Assembly (NCBI GenBank): GCA_051313645.2
Contig: JBNRSN020000004.1
Span: 260,090,001 to 260,154,000, forward strand
Length of the DNA stretch: 64,000 nt
Direction: 5' to 3'
Source of the DNA: Centroscyllium fabricii
Lineage: Eukaryota
Shown here: positions 39,164-51,112 of the stretch, one piece after another
Layout: each line of letters starts with the position of its first letter
Numbering within the stretch: the first letter of the stretch is position 1
Program-made: the position numbers and the translations under genes
Notes under the pieces: model-generated
Databases searched by the model: none
Told to the model about the DNA's origin: nothing
Seen by the model: only the letters and a program-made list of their open reading frames with translations

Positions 39164-40414
39164 TCATTGGGTTTCCACGTAAGGGGCTGCGGTGCCTGCG
39201 GAACCGGTGGCCACCGCCGCCTTCCCCTGGGAAGCCATATACAACTTCATGGCCCCCAGCGTGGACTCTATCGTTTCAGGACTTAAAGTCGCCCCGGCAC
39301 CTCCTGTGGGAGTGGGTGCTCGGATTGGGGCTACCTTCCCCTGGGAAGTCATATAAAACTTCATGGCTCCCAGCATGGACTCAATCGTTTCGGGACTTAG
39401 AGTAGCGCCGGCACCTCCTGTGGGAGTGGGTGCTCGGGCTGGGGCTGCGGGAGCTCTTTCCTTGACCTCCCTCCACGGGGCTCTACAGTCTCTGCGCCAG
39501 TGGCCTGCCTTCCCGCATCTATGACATGTAGACTGCCCCGGGTTGCCCCCCTCCTGATACCACTCTCTCTGCGCTGGGGCGTCTGCGTTAGTCGCATACA
39601 CCTTCCCCTTATCGCAGTGCATCACCGAACTTCTCGTATTTTTGTACCCAACCGTGAGTCGGTTGAGAACCGTCTCCTCTGTGGTTTGAGCATCAGTGGG
39701 GTCAAACCACACCTTAGCCTGCTCTCTAACGGCGGGTAGGCTGTTGGCAACGATACACCGGAGCCAATGGGCTCTCCCGGCATCGCGCAAAACAGCCTGC
39801 GCAGGTACATCGGGGCAGCTGCGCTGATACACAGGCCACAGCCTCCCGGCGAAAACCCGTGGGGGTTCTCCCTCCATCTGCACGGTCCTACCCAGCCTTA
39901 CAAACGGACCTTCATCGTCCATCCCTAATATTTCTAAGACCTCGTCCCGCAGGTCGTCATAGCCCTTCTCCCCCCTTTTGCTCTCGTCGGAGAGACACTG
40001 AAGGATAGAGCTATCTAGGGAGAAAAGCAACATCCTGGCTTGCTCCCCTTCGTCGCAGCCGTTTATCGCTGCGGCCTGTTCGACCTCTCTAAAATGCAGG
40101 GACGGATCGCCTGCTGCGGACAGCTTCCTGAAATGCTCTATCATGCTCCTTATCTGTTGCGAGCTATGGGGCACTATAACCTCATTCAGGATGGGTCCGG
40201 GGTCCCCAGCCGCGGTGTTGGGACCCCGCCTCGTCTCTCGAACCGGACACATGGGTGCCGGGTCTGGATCCCCCATTCTGGGAACCTTCGCTGCCACCTC
40301 CTCTCTGTCCCCTTTCTCCCATGCTTGCGTATAGTGGGGTGATCGCGCGGGGAGCGCGGGGGCTGGTGCCTCCGGCGCTCTCCTCGGCCTTTGCTTCGGG
40401 GGTTCCTTAACCAC
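39164..40414 (-). CDS. gag: Gag of F (capsid-like region, CCHC knuckle, 38-aa duplication)
   Basis: CHRCGKAGHWRRDC; RAPTPTGGAGATLSPETIES twice; position upstream of the protease. Confidence 0.85.
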   Translation of the reverse strand: MVKEPPKQRPRRAPEAPAPALPARSPHYTQAWEKGDREEVAAKVPRMGDPDPAPMCPVRETRRGPNTAAGDPGPILNEVIVPHSSQQIRSMIEHFRKLSAAGDPSLHFREVEQAAAINGCDEGEQARMLLFSLDSSILQCLSDESKRGEKGYDDLRDEVLEILGMDDEGPFVRLGRTVQMEGEPPRVFAGRLWPVYQRSCPDVPAQAVLRDAGRAHWLRCIVANSLPAVREQAKVWFDPTDAQTTEETVLNRLTVGYKNTRSSVMHCDKGKVYATNADAPAQREWYQEGGNPGQSTCHRCGKAGHWRRDCRAPWREVKERAPAAPARAPTPTGGAGATLSPETIESMLGAMKFYMTSQGKVAPIRAPTPTGGAGATLSPETIESTLGAMKLYMASQGKAAVATGSAGTAAPYVETQ

Positions 40415-41083
40415 CTATACCTCACCCACCGATGGGTCGATGAGGCACACCAGACCATTTGACTTGCTCAGGGCCTCCCTGAGGTCCTGAATCTCCTTCA
40501 AACAAGCGCCATGATCGGCGTCCTCATATTTAGTCTCGAGGGACATTTTATACGCTGCCCTCATCCCCAGCAAATTCTCGTCCTGTGCCTTCAATTGGCC
40601 ACTTAGGCGGACGCACCGTTCCCTGAGCTTCCCTTCACTCGACATGGCCTCTACTACCTGTCTCTCTAAGAGCTCAACCCTGGCCTCATGGCGGCTGGTC
40701 TTCACCTGGCGCTCTCTATTTAGAGTCTCGAGTGCGGTGATTAACTGCTGCCCCCCTGAGACCTTTTCCTCTACTTCGAGGACTAACCCCTTTATCTGCG
40801 CGGTCTGCACCGCAATCACCTGGTCTGAAAGTTGGACCTGCCTTTTATAGCACATGAGCCATACTGCTTTTTCCACTGCTTTCTTATGCCCATTGCTACC
40901 CGTCCAACGGATAGCTGCATCCAGTGGACGCTTTTCTGCCAACAGGTCCCCAATCCACTGCTTTGTCAAATTTACTTTACTGAACACATAATCAGCAATC
41001 CTTTCATCCATTAAATTCCTTTTATTCAAGGCTGAGTCCAATATATCCTTTTCCTGCTGCCAACGTCCTGCCGTGGTCGCCAT
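40415..41083 (-). CDS. Coiled-coil ORF in frame with gag, separated by a single TAG
   Basis: 222 aa with heptad-like E/K/L/Q-rich central region; next codon after TAG opens the gag frame. Confidence 0.75.
   Translation of the reverse strand: MATTAGRWQQEKDILDSALNKRNLMDERIADYVFSKVNLTKQWIGDLLAEKRPLDAAIRWTGSNGHKKAVEKAVWLMCYKRQVQLSDQVIAVQTAQIKGLVLEVEEKVSGGQQLITALETLNRERQVKTSRHEARVELLERQVVEAMSSEGKLRERCVRLSGQLKAQDENLLGMRAAYKMSLETKYEDADHGACLKEIQDLREALSKSNGLVCLIDPSVGEV
41065..41082 (-). promoter_or_regulatory. Primer-binding site of F, probably tRNA-Arg(UCG)
   Basis: TGGCGACCACGGCAGGAC 3 nt inside the 5' LTR; matches my recollection of vertebrate tRNA-Arg(UCG) 3' ends. Confidence 0.75.
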
Positions 41084-44000
41084 TCTGTAAGGAGCGTGCG
41101 CCGTATGTTTTATTTACGACTTGCGGTCCGTTACTGCCTTGCACTAGCAGTCCGCTAGGCCTCGCGCAATAACCTCCTCCCCCGCGAGCGGTTCGAATCG
41201 CTCACCCTTACGGTTCTAGACGCTGGACTTAGGTGCAGGAAAAGAGAGAGAGACGAGATGGATACCGATTGGACTCAGACTTGGACTCGAATAAAAGTTG
41301 CAAAGTTGGATGATTTTATTACACCACAAGATATATGTACAGCAGTTAGGTTGTATTTCATAGAACCAACACAGTATGATACACCAACAGTTGTTTCCCA
41401 AATATATATATATGAACATACACAAGTAACTTATAGGATGGGGAACGCACGGCACATCGTAAATCGGGGCAATGACTCTATAAATACACCCAAATAAACC
41501 ACCCTTCCCTCTTATTGCCTAGCTATGTCCAGGTGTGTAGGATCGGTGCACATGCTCACCACTCGGTCAAACTCGGGGTCTGCTATTCGTCTCTTCGGCT
41601 GCAGCGTCAGTCGTCACATGGCTGTGGAAGATTCGGGAGCCCACTTGTTGTCTTCTCCCTCTGGGCGGTGGCTGCTTCTGCTCGGGCTGGTCCCGGACGG
41701 GTTCCTCGAGGCTGCTCTACCTCCTCGCACCAACCGCACCGTCTCCCTGGCTGAACCGGACCCTGGGGTATGCCGATCCTGCCCTCTCAAGCCGAACTGT
41801 AACGGGCTGCTAGCCTACTTGCTTTTCCACTCTTCCGACGCCAGCTTATTCGCCGTGTTCGACAAGATGCTTCACTAATGGGGCCCAACAACCAACTACC
41901 TCACCAGCAATGGTTTTCCGATGCGATACAGCCCTGACCCAACTCTGCTGTCCTGCCAGAGCCTGCACCCTGCTTGCCCTGCACCCAGATAGCTGAACTG
42001 GAGTCTACGAAAAGGAGAGCCCACCCAAAGTCACTGCTAAAGCTCAAGAAGTTCTTTCAGAGACCTTACCGCTTCAAGAGGTCGCCTCCACGAGTCAAGA
42101 GAGAGAAATCCAAACCCCCCTCCTCCAGGGAGTCCGAGATGAAGAGTTTCCAAGAGAGAGAGACCTCACCGCTTCAGGAGGTCGCCTCCATGAGTCCTAA
42201 GTCATAAGAGAGATTTTTCCAAGAGAGCCCTCTCCAGAGAGCCCACAGAAGAAGAGAGAGAGAGCGAGAGATCGAATAGTAGAATGTCCTGCCAGTTATA
42301 CCCCAAATGTTGAATGCCTAATGTCTTTCCAATTATGTCTGGTATTGTCTTTAAGAAACGGTTACTGCATTCTTTTGTCCAGCCAAACCTGCTGGTAATG
42401 CTTTGATGGCGGCCCTAACCTCTCCTGTATAGAGCTCCATTGTTTTCAAAGGGTGCTAATCGTTTTAATGCTTGCTTGCTGTACAATTTCTGTACCTGGC
42501 TAAACGGGCCAGTTAGTTCATATTTTCAGTATAATTGGGTGCTTATTTAACTGGGTGCATTTCTTTGTTGGGCTAAGCGGTTCTAAGGGCTGGTTATTTA
42601 TTTCCAATCGCACACTGGCTTATGGCGCCTCTATGTCTGGGCGTTTTCGCGGGCTTTCTAGAATTCGGTTTTAGTTTCGATTTTGCTCTGGCCGTTATGT
42701 CATGTGGTCCGGTGGCCATCTTGTGAGGCCCCTTTTCTCTGATCGAGCCGCAGCTCGTCTTTTTCTCTGCCACTGTTCAATAAAATATGCTTACTCCATC
42801 CATCTGTTTCTGGTCTTTGTGAATCCGTTTTTAACCTTGGAATATTGCGACCTTACAGTGTGGACAGGCCGCAAGTCGAGCGCCGCGTTAGGTCGGGACC
42901 GTCCCGGCTACTGACGGTGAGGGGGCCAGGGACCCACCGTATTCCATCGTCACGCTCTTCAGGTGACACTGGAAATCCAGTCCCAGTAATACTGGGGTGC
43001 ACATCTGCGGGAGAACGTACAGTTTAAAATTACGGTAAGTGCGGTCCCTGATGGTGAGCGTGACGCTGCAGTAGCTGGAGATGTCCGCCGTGTGGGACTT
43101 TGAGGCTAGGTAGTGTTGGTTTTGCATGGGCTGGGTCTGCAGTGCATAGCGCCGCACGGTGTCGGGATGAATGAAGCTCTCTGTGCTACCGGTGTCGAAC
43201 AGGCAGTTAGTGGCGTGCCCTTCAACCTTGATCCCCATCATGGAGTTGGATAGGGCATGCGGCCTGGCCTGATTGACTGTGGCTGAGGCCGATGTTGTGT
43301 TTGTGTGAGGGCCCTCCGCTAGCTGGCACCCCGTCTGGGGCGAGTGGCAAGATGGCCGCTCCGAAGATGGCGGCGCTAGCATTTCACATGTGTCTGGCCG
43401 TTGTTGCGGCAAAGATGGTGGCGCCCGTGATTCGCAAGCGGCAGACCGCTGAGGGTAAGATGACGGCGCCCGTGGTTCACACGCGGCTGACCGCTGTGGG
43501 CAAGATGGCGCGCCCGTGGTTTGCACGCCGATGGCCACTGTGGGCAAGATGGCGTCGCCTGTTTTTTGCACGCAGCTGACCGCTGTGGGCAAGATGGCGC
43601 CGCCCGTGGTTTGCACGCGGCTGACCGCTGTGTGGAGGATGGCGGTGCTGGTGGGTCGCACATATCCGGCCGCAGTTGCACTGACGATGGCGCCGCCTGT
43701 GCCGCGCGCGCGTCCGGCCGCCACCATGATTTTAAAAGTGATGGTGGTGCCCGCAATTTGCACCCAGCTGACCGCTGTTGGGTCGCGCTGCAGCACCGTA
43801 CCTGTGGCCACAGAGTGGCATCATTGGCTTCGCAGGCCGCGCTGTTGGGTCTTGAGGTCGGGCTGGACTTGCAAGCCTTCGCAAAATGTCCCTTCTTCCC
43901 GCACCTCGCGCAGGTCGCGTTCCTCGCAGGGTACAGCGCTCGCGGGTGTTTTGCCTGGCCGCAGAAGTAGCACTTGGGACCCGCTGGCGTCTTCGCAGCT

Positions 44001-44871
44001 GCCACTGCTGTCGTTGGGGGCTTCAGCCCGTGACTGCGGCGCCCAGAGGTTGGTGGGCCCGCGTGGGGGTCATTGTGCTTGTAAGCGTCCATATGCTTGA
44101 GCGCTCCGTCCACCGCATTAGACAGCGTGATAGCGGACTCGAGCGACAGAGTCTCTTGTTCTAGCAGCCGTTGTCGGGCCTGGCTGGACCTGAGCCCTGT
44201 TACATATTCATCGCGGACCAGGAGACTGGCTCCTTCCTCGGCCGTTGTTGCCTTGATGTCGCAGGCCCGTAGGAGGGCTTGGAGCGCTAATAAAAATTCT
44301 TCGTTTGACTCACCCAGCCATTGCCTCTGGTCGCCAATATGTGTCTGGCGTAAACCGAGTGGACTGGGTGCACATAGCAGTCCTTCAGCTTCTTGGCAGC
44401 TTCTTTATTGGTCTTGATGCCTCTGTTGAGGGAATATACCCGGCCGCTGATCCTGGATGCCAGTACTTGGAGTTTGTCCTCTTGCTGGTCGCCTTCATGG
44501 CCTTCATGTAGGCCTCGACACATCCAAACCAATATTCAAAATTGTTCGCCGCATCGGGCACCTGAGGGTTGATCTCGAGGTGGTCCGGTTTCACTGCGTT
44601 GCTCTCCATGTTTAAAATATAGTTAATAAAATTGATGTATCGTCAACTGAGACACAAAGACGAATAGCTACCTCAACTAAAGGCTTTTATTAACTATCGA
44701 ATGGAGCGTGTCTCAGCTGAGCTTGGGTTTGTACTCACCGGGGGATGGTAGGCAATTACCTATATACCTGGACTCAGGGGAGGAGTCAGAGGTGCGTCAG
44801 CTGAGTCAGGCTCCTGTATACCGATATCTACATATGTACAGTGGTACATTATGGTACCATTACAGTGGTAC

Positions 44872-45845
44872 TGTCACAGGGTGCCTGTTCCTTTAAGAAT
44901 GAGAAACAGTTTCTGTGGGGCTTCACAGCTGTTTTAAGGACTGGTTTCCCTTGTTATGTCATTAACTGTTCATTTATTCTGTCTATTGCTAGTTGTGCCC
45001 TGCTCTCATTGCCTCCCAGTTATTGGCTATCACCTAGTGGTTTGCTTGCTGGTTTTAGTTCTTAAACTGGAGGTAGGCTTGAGAGCAGCGCGGGATCATT
45101 GTATTGTAATGTGACATTGGACTGGATATCTATTATTCATTCTACAGGCCACTGGAAGGAAGTGGTTACTGCTGTTGAGCTGAGTGGCCGTCAGAGACAA
45201 GGAGGTTTGGAGATCGACTGACTCAACCTTTACTTTGCACTCTGCTATTTCAGGTGCTCAGGCTGAGTTGCCCGACAGGGGTATTGGGGTGGAACTCATT
45301 TCACTCTGCCTTGACAGTGCGCCCTGCTATTGGGAACCCAGCAATGGACAACTCATCTGTGGAGTAAGGGCGTTCCCCTGCTTGTGGATCTGAATCCACT
45401 ACTTGGACATTCGTTTCTTCATCCGAACCCAGGTTTGGACATTGGTGACCTGTATGCAGAAGCTGTTCCCAAATCCTCTACGAAGTAGGTGGATTGTGAT
45501 GTCATGCTCGCAGAGGAGGACTTGTTCATTTCTCTTTAAGTTTTCGGATGGTGGTTGTCCTGCTTCTAGAGGAGAGCTTGTTTAAGTTGGACAGTTATGC
45601 CTGGACTTGTATTCTTCGGGAGAATGACGCGCTTGGTTGCGTGGCACCCCTCTATCCATTACTCGCTATGTTGGGAAGTCTGTGCCAGTCTTTTGATAAG
45701 ACTTGTGTTTCAATATGTGTCTTATATAATTGTATGTTTATGCTATTTTATGGGGTTGTGTTAATAAAGGAGTTTAGTTTAATAGATGTTTCCGTGTCTC
45801 TGCATTTGGGCCCCGCCCTCATTCCGTTTACACCAATCCGTTACA
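44872..45845 (+). mobile_element. Solo LTR (974 bp) inserted in the 5' LTR of D
   Basis: TGTCAC..GTTACA termini, 5-bp TSD GGTAC, AATAAA at ~45763. Confidence 0.88.
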
Positions 45846-47447
45846 GGTACAATACAGTGGTGAAATACAGGTTTACCACAGCGTATCACCTCACCCCCCC
45901 TCACCCTGCCATGTCAAGCCTACTCTGTCACATCACTCATTACACTCACTTAAATTGGAAGTGCATCCATCCTCCTCTTTCTATGCACTGCCTCAAATCC
46001 CCATCTATCCATCCACCACTGCCACTCACCATCCTTAAACATTTGCATGCCTCTCTATGATAGTCACTCTCACTAACTGCACTGCATCCATCAGTGGAAC
46101 ACCAGCCATTACATTCACTCATAGGTCTATTCTTTCCCTTGTTGCAGGAGAAGCGAGGCCAGAGGTAGGCCTAAACAGATCTCGCAGTTCACAACTGCAG
46201 AGGAGAAGGTGCTAGATATCAATGGTGTTTCGGCATCCCTGGCCATCAAAGATGGGGAGACAGGGACCTCCCAGCTACCTGGTGACACAATTATATATCA
46301 GCGACCCATATGTCATACAACACTCAATCATATTGACTTGATTTCAACAGCAAGTGAAATATGATCATCTTCATAATGATAGGGAGGTACGAGGGGTGAA
46401 TTGGCTATGTTAGATTGGGAAACTGCATTAAAAGATTTGAGAGCAAGCAATGGCTAGCATTAAAAAAAGTAATGCATAATTTACAACAAATATACATTCC
46501 TTTAAGGCACAAAAAAACCACAGGAAAATTGGTCCAACCATGGCTAACAAGTAAAGTTAAAGATATATTACATCAAAGGAAGAGGCTTACGATGCTGCCA
46601 AAAAGAGCAGTAAGCCTGAGGATTGGGAGGATTTTAGAATTCAGCAAAAGAAGACCAAGAAATTGATAAAGAAACGGAAAATAGAATGAGAGTAAACTAG
46701 CGAGAGACATAAAAACAGATTGTAAAAGCTTTTATAGGTATGTATAAAGGAAACGATTAGTGAAAGTAAATGTGGGTCCTTTACGGGCTGAGACAGGAGA
46801 AATTATAATGGGGAATAAGGAAATGGCAGAGAAATTAAACAAATACTTTTTGCCAGCACTCAGGGGGCGGGTTTGGAGGCGGGACTGCTGGCAAAATTGC
46901 AAAGATTGACAGCGGGTCCCGAATCCGCTGTCAACCCGCCTCCATAAAATCTTTCCAAGTGTCAGGTCTCCGATTTGCGCAGGGACCCGGCACCTAGCAA
47001 CCGGAAGAGCATTATAGGCAATTAACTGCCTGTTAACAGGTAGTTAACGGGTAGTTAAGATGCTTTTTTCAATTTTAACAGGTCGACTGTGGGCTTCCCA
47101 ATGTCCGGACACCACACATGGTTAAGTGTGGCGTGCTCTGGGTCTACTGTAAGGTTTGTGCCTTTGATAATAGCTGCAGAAGTGGTGTGAAGGATCCAAT
47201 GATACGTTGGTGAGTTTCAGATGTAAGAAATGTTGGGAAAATCATTTTTAATGTATTTAGACTTTTCTGTAGGTAAGAAGGTTTGAAGTGTTTGTGTAGT
47301 CCCACCTCATTGGAGGAACCTCTCTCACCAGTGACAGATCACTTCTGTAACCTCACCTGCAGCTGTTTTATCCTAAGGGGAGAGTCACTGGAGAGTCTGT
47401 GTGCAAGGGCTCACCTTTGAACAGTGATGTGCAGTGTTTGCAGCACC

Positions 47448-48129
47448 AGGTATGGGGATCCATGAGGAGATGCTGCAGGAGCCACAGCCCTTGCACTTGT
47501 CAAACAAGATCGAGGCTCTTACTTACTGTGAGGACGGGAACGGGGGCTGTGGAGCGGATGAGCAACCTGGCCACAGCACCGTGGATCAGGGGGCCATTCA
47601 GGAGGGAGGAGTTAGAGGAAATGTTGTAGTGGTAGGGGATAGTATTATTAGGGGGATAGATAGGGTTCTCTGTAGCCGAGAGAAGGAGTCCCGAAGGCTG
47701 TGTTGCCTGCCCGGTGCTAGGGTTAAGGACATCTCTGCTGGGCTGGAGAGAAATTTGCAGTGGGAGGGGGCGGATCCAGTGGTCGTGGTCCATGTCGGTA
47801 CCAACGACATAGAAAGGACGAGGAAAAAGGTTCTGTTATGGGAGTTTGAGCTGTTAGGGAACAAATTAAAAAACAGAACCTCTAGGGTAATAATCTCAGG
47901 ATTACTACCTGAGCCACGGGCTAAATTGGCGAGGGTAAATAAAATTAGAGAGCTAAATGCGTGGCTCAAAGACTGGTGTGGGAAAAATGGGTTTGGTTTC
48001 TTGGGACACTGGCATCAGTACTGGGACAGGGGGGAGCTGTTCTGTTGGGGCGGACTTCACCTGAACCATGCTGGGACTAGGGTCCTGGCGAATCAGATAA
48101 CTAGGGCAATAGAGAGGTCTTTAAACTAA
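47448..48129 (+). CDS. CR1 ORF1 SGNH/GDSL esterase domain (partial)
   Basis: VVVGDSIIR, LPGA, HVGTND, GLH motifs. Confidence 0.9.
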
Positions 48130-48218
48130 GTAGCGGGGGGGAGGTTTCAAGAGAGATAATAACGACAGGGGAGAAGGAAATAGAGCAGGGTTTCAGCGGG
48201 GAATCTGAAAATCGAAGT

Positions 48219-51112
48219 GTGCTAGGAGGACACAGAATGTATGAAGATAAAGGTATAGTCGTAAAAGGGGCAAAAACAGAAATAAAGGGTAGTAAAACAC
48301 ATGCGAAAGTGCTTTATTTGAATGCACGTAGTATTCGTAATAAGATAGATGAATTGATGGTACAATTAAGCACGTATAGGTATGATATTGTGGCCATTAC
48401 AGAAACATGGCTGCAAGGTGATCAGGACTGGGAGTTAAACATAGAGGGTTACTTGACAATCAGAAAAGACAGACAGGAAAGAAAAGGAGGTGGGGTGGCC
48501 CTGTTAATAAAGGATGGAATAACTGCAATAGAAAGGAAGGATATTGGGTCAAAGGATCAGGATAGTGAAACAGCTTGGGTACAGATAGAGAATAATAAGG
48601 GGAAAAAACACTAGTGGGTGTAATCTATAGACCTCCAAATAGTTGTGACTCTGTTGGTCAGAACATAAATCAGCAAATAGTTGAAGCATGTAATAAGGGA
48701 ACGGCTGTAATCATGGGGGACTTTAACTTTCATATTAACTGGGCAAATCAAACTGGGCAGGGTAGACTAGAGGAAGAGTTTATAGAGTGTATTAGGGATG
48801 GGTTCTTAGAACAGTATGTAACTGAACCGACTAGGGGGGAGGCAATCTTGGATCTGGTCCTGTGTAATGAAGCAGGATTAATTAAAAATGTCATAGTTAG
48901 GGACCCTTTTGGAATGAGTGACCATAATATGGTTGAATTCCATATTCAATTAGAAGGGGAGCAAATTGAAACTCAAACCAGGGTACTTAGTCTAAACAAG
49001 GGAGATTATGAAGGTATGAGAACAGAATTGATTAAAGTAGATTGGGATAACAGACTAAAGAATAAGACGGTACATGAGCAGTGGTGTACTTTTAAGGAGT
49101 TAGTGTACGACTTTCAAGAAAAATACATTCCACTGAAGAAAAAAAGGGGTAAAGGAAAGGACAGCCAACCATGGCTAAGTAAAGTAATAAAGGATAGTAT
49201 TCGGCTAAAGGCAAGGGCATATAAGGTAGCCAGATACAGTGGGAAGACAGAAGATTGGGAAGCATTTAAAAGTCAGCAAAAAATAACAAAGAGATTAATT
49301 AAGAAGGGGAAAATAGATTATGAAAGTAAATTAGCGAAAAATATAAAAACTAATAGTAAGAGTTTTTATAGTTATATAAAAAGAAAAAGGGTGGCTAAGG
49401 TGAATGTTGGTCCATTGGAAGGTGAGACTGGGAATTTGTTGGTGGGGAACATGGAGATGGCAAAAGCATTAAACGAATATTTTGTATCAGTCTTTACTGT
49501 AGAAGACATTAAAAATATTCCAACGCTGGATAAACAGGGGGCTATAGGAATGGAGGAGCTAAGCACTATTAAGATCACTAAGGAGATGGTATTAGGTAAA
49601 TTAATGGGACTTAAGGCGGATAAATCCCCTGGGCCTGATGGATTACATCCTAGGGTCTTGAGAGAAATAGCGGTGGGGATTGTAGATGCATTGGTGATAA
49701 TTTTCCAAAACTCCCTGGAGTCAGGAAGGGTCCCGGTGGATTGGAAAATGGCTAATGTAACACCTATATTTAAAAAGGGAAGCAGACAGAAGGCTGGTAA
49801 CTATAGACCGGTTAGTCTAACATCCGTGGTGGGTAAAATGTTGGAGACCATTATTAAAGAAACACTGACGGGGCATTTGGATAAACATAACTTAATCGGA
49901 CAGAGTCAGCATGGTTTTACGAAGGGGAAGTCATGTTTGACTAATTTGCTCGAATTCTTTGAGGAAGTAACATCTCGGGTGGATAAAGGGGAACTGGTGG
50001 ATGTGGTATACTTGGACTTCCAAAAGGCTTTTGACAAGGTGCCACATAAGAGACTATTGCTTAAAATAAAAAATTACGGGATTGGGGGTAATATATTAGC
50101 ATGGGTAGAGGATTGGCTTTCAAACAGGAAGCAGAGAGTTGGGATAAATGGTTCATACTCGGGATTTCAATCGGTGACTAGTGGTGTTCCGCAGGGGTCG
50201 GTGCTGGGACCCCAGCTGTTTACAATCTATATAAATGATTTGGAGGAGGGGACCAAGTGTAATATATCAAAGTTTGCAGATGACACAAAAATGGGAGGAA
50301 AAGCAGGGAGTGAGGAGGACAGAAAAAGCCTGCAAAAGGACATAGATAAGCTAGGTGAGTGGGCAGCGATTTGGCAGATGAAATTTAATACTGGTAAATG
50401 TGAAGTTATACATTTTGGGAAAAAAAATAATAGAGCAAGTTATTTTCTAAATGGGGAGGAGCTGCGTGGTAATACAACGCAAAGGGACCTGGGGATATTA
50501 GTGCATGAATCACAAAAAGTTAGTATGCAGGTGCAGCAAGTGATTAGGAAGGCCAATGGAGTCTTAGCCTTTATTGCTAGGGGGATAGAGTATAAAAGCA
50601 GGGAGGTTTTGCTGCAGCTGTACACAGTATTGGTGAGACCGCATTTGGAATACTGTGTGCAGTTTTGGTGTCCATACTTAAGAAAGGATGTACTTGCTCT
50701 GGAGGCAGTGCAGAGAAGGTTTACACGGTTAATTCCAGGGATGAGGGGGTTGACATATGTTGAAAGGTTAAATAGGTTGGGACTTTACTCATTAGAGTTC
50801 AGAAGAATGAGAGGCGATCTTATTGAAACGTATAAGATCGTGAGGGGCCTTGATCGGGTGGATGCGCTAAAGATGTTTCCAATGATCGGGGAGACCAGAA
50901 CTAGGGGGCATAGTCTTAGAATAAGGGGGGGATCTTTTAAAACTGAGATGAGGAGAAACTTCTTCACTCAGAGGGTGGTTAATCTATGGAATTCGCTGCC
51001 TCAGGGAGCTGTGGAAGCGGGAACATTAAATAAATTTAAAACGGAAATAGACTGTTTTTTAGCAGACAAGGGAATTAAGGGTTACGGGGAGCGGGCAGGG
51101 AAGTGGACCTGA
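48219..51112 (+). CDS. CR1 ORF2 (APE endonuclease plus RT) with one frameshift in an A-run at ~48605
   Basis: YLNARS, ITETW, YRPP, GDFN, SDH; LDFQKAFD, PQGSVLGP, FADD. Confidence 0.93.

Larger units (their letters stand above)
31910..42857 (-). mobile_element. Retrovirus-like provirus F (env-less, dual RNase H) inserted in D
   Basis: 1772-bp LTRs 31910-33681 and 41086-42857 (~9 differences), TGTAAGG..CCTTACA termini, 4-bp TSD GTGT, PBS and short PPT. Confidence 0.95.
24338..45880 (-). mobile_element. Degenerate Gypsy element D, split by three nested insertions
   Basis: 3' LTR 24338-24606; 5' LTR 44633-44871 plus 45846-45880; TSD GTGTA/GCGTA; gag-pro 44609-42862, RT-RH-IN 31905-30331, IN C-terminus 25497-24650; pieces rejoin across the TSDs. 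Confidence 0.92.

Noticed and set aside
47434-48129. Captured host esterase gene
   Set aside because: SGNH esterase is an established ORF1 domain of CR1/L2-clade LINEs
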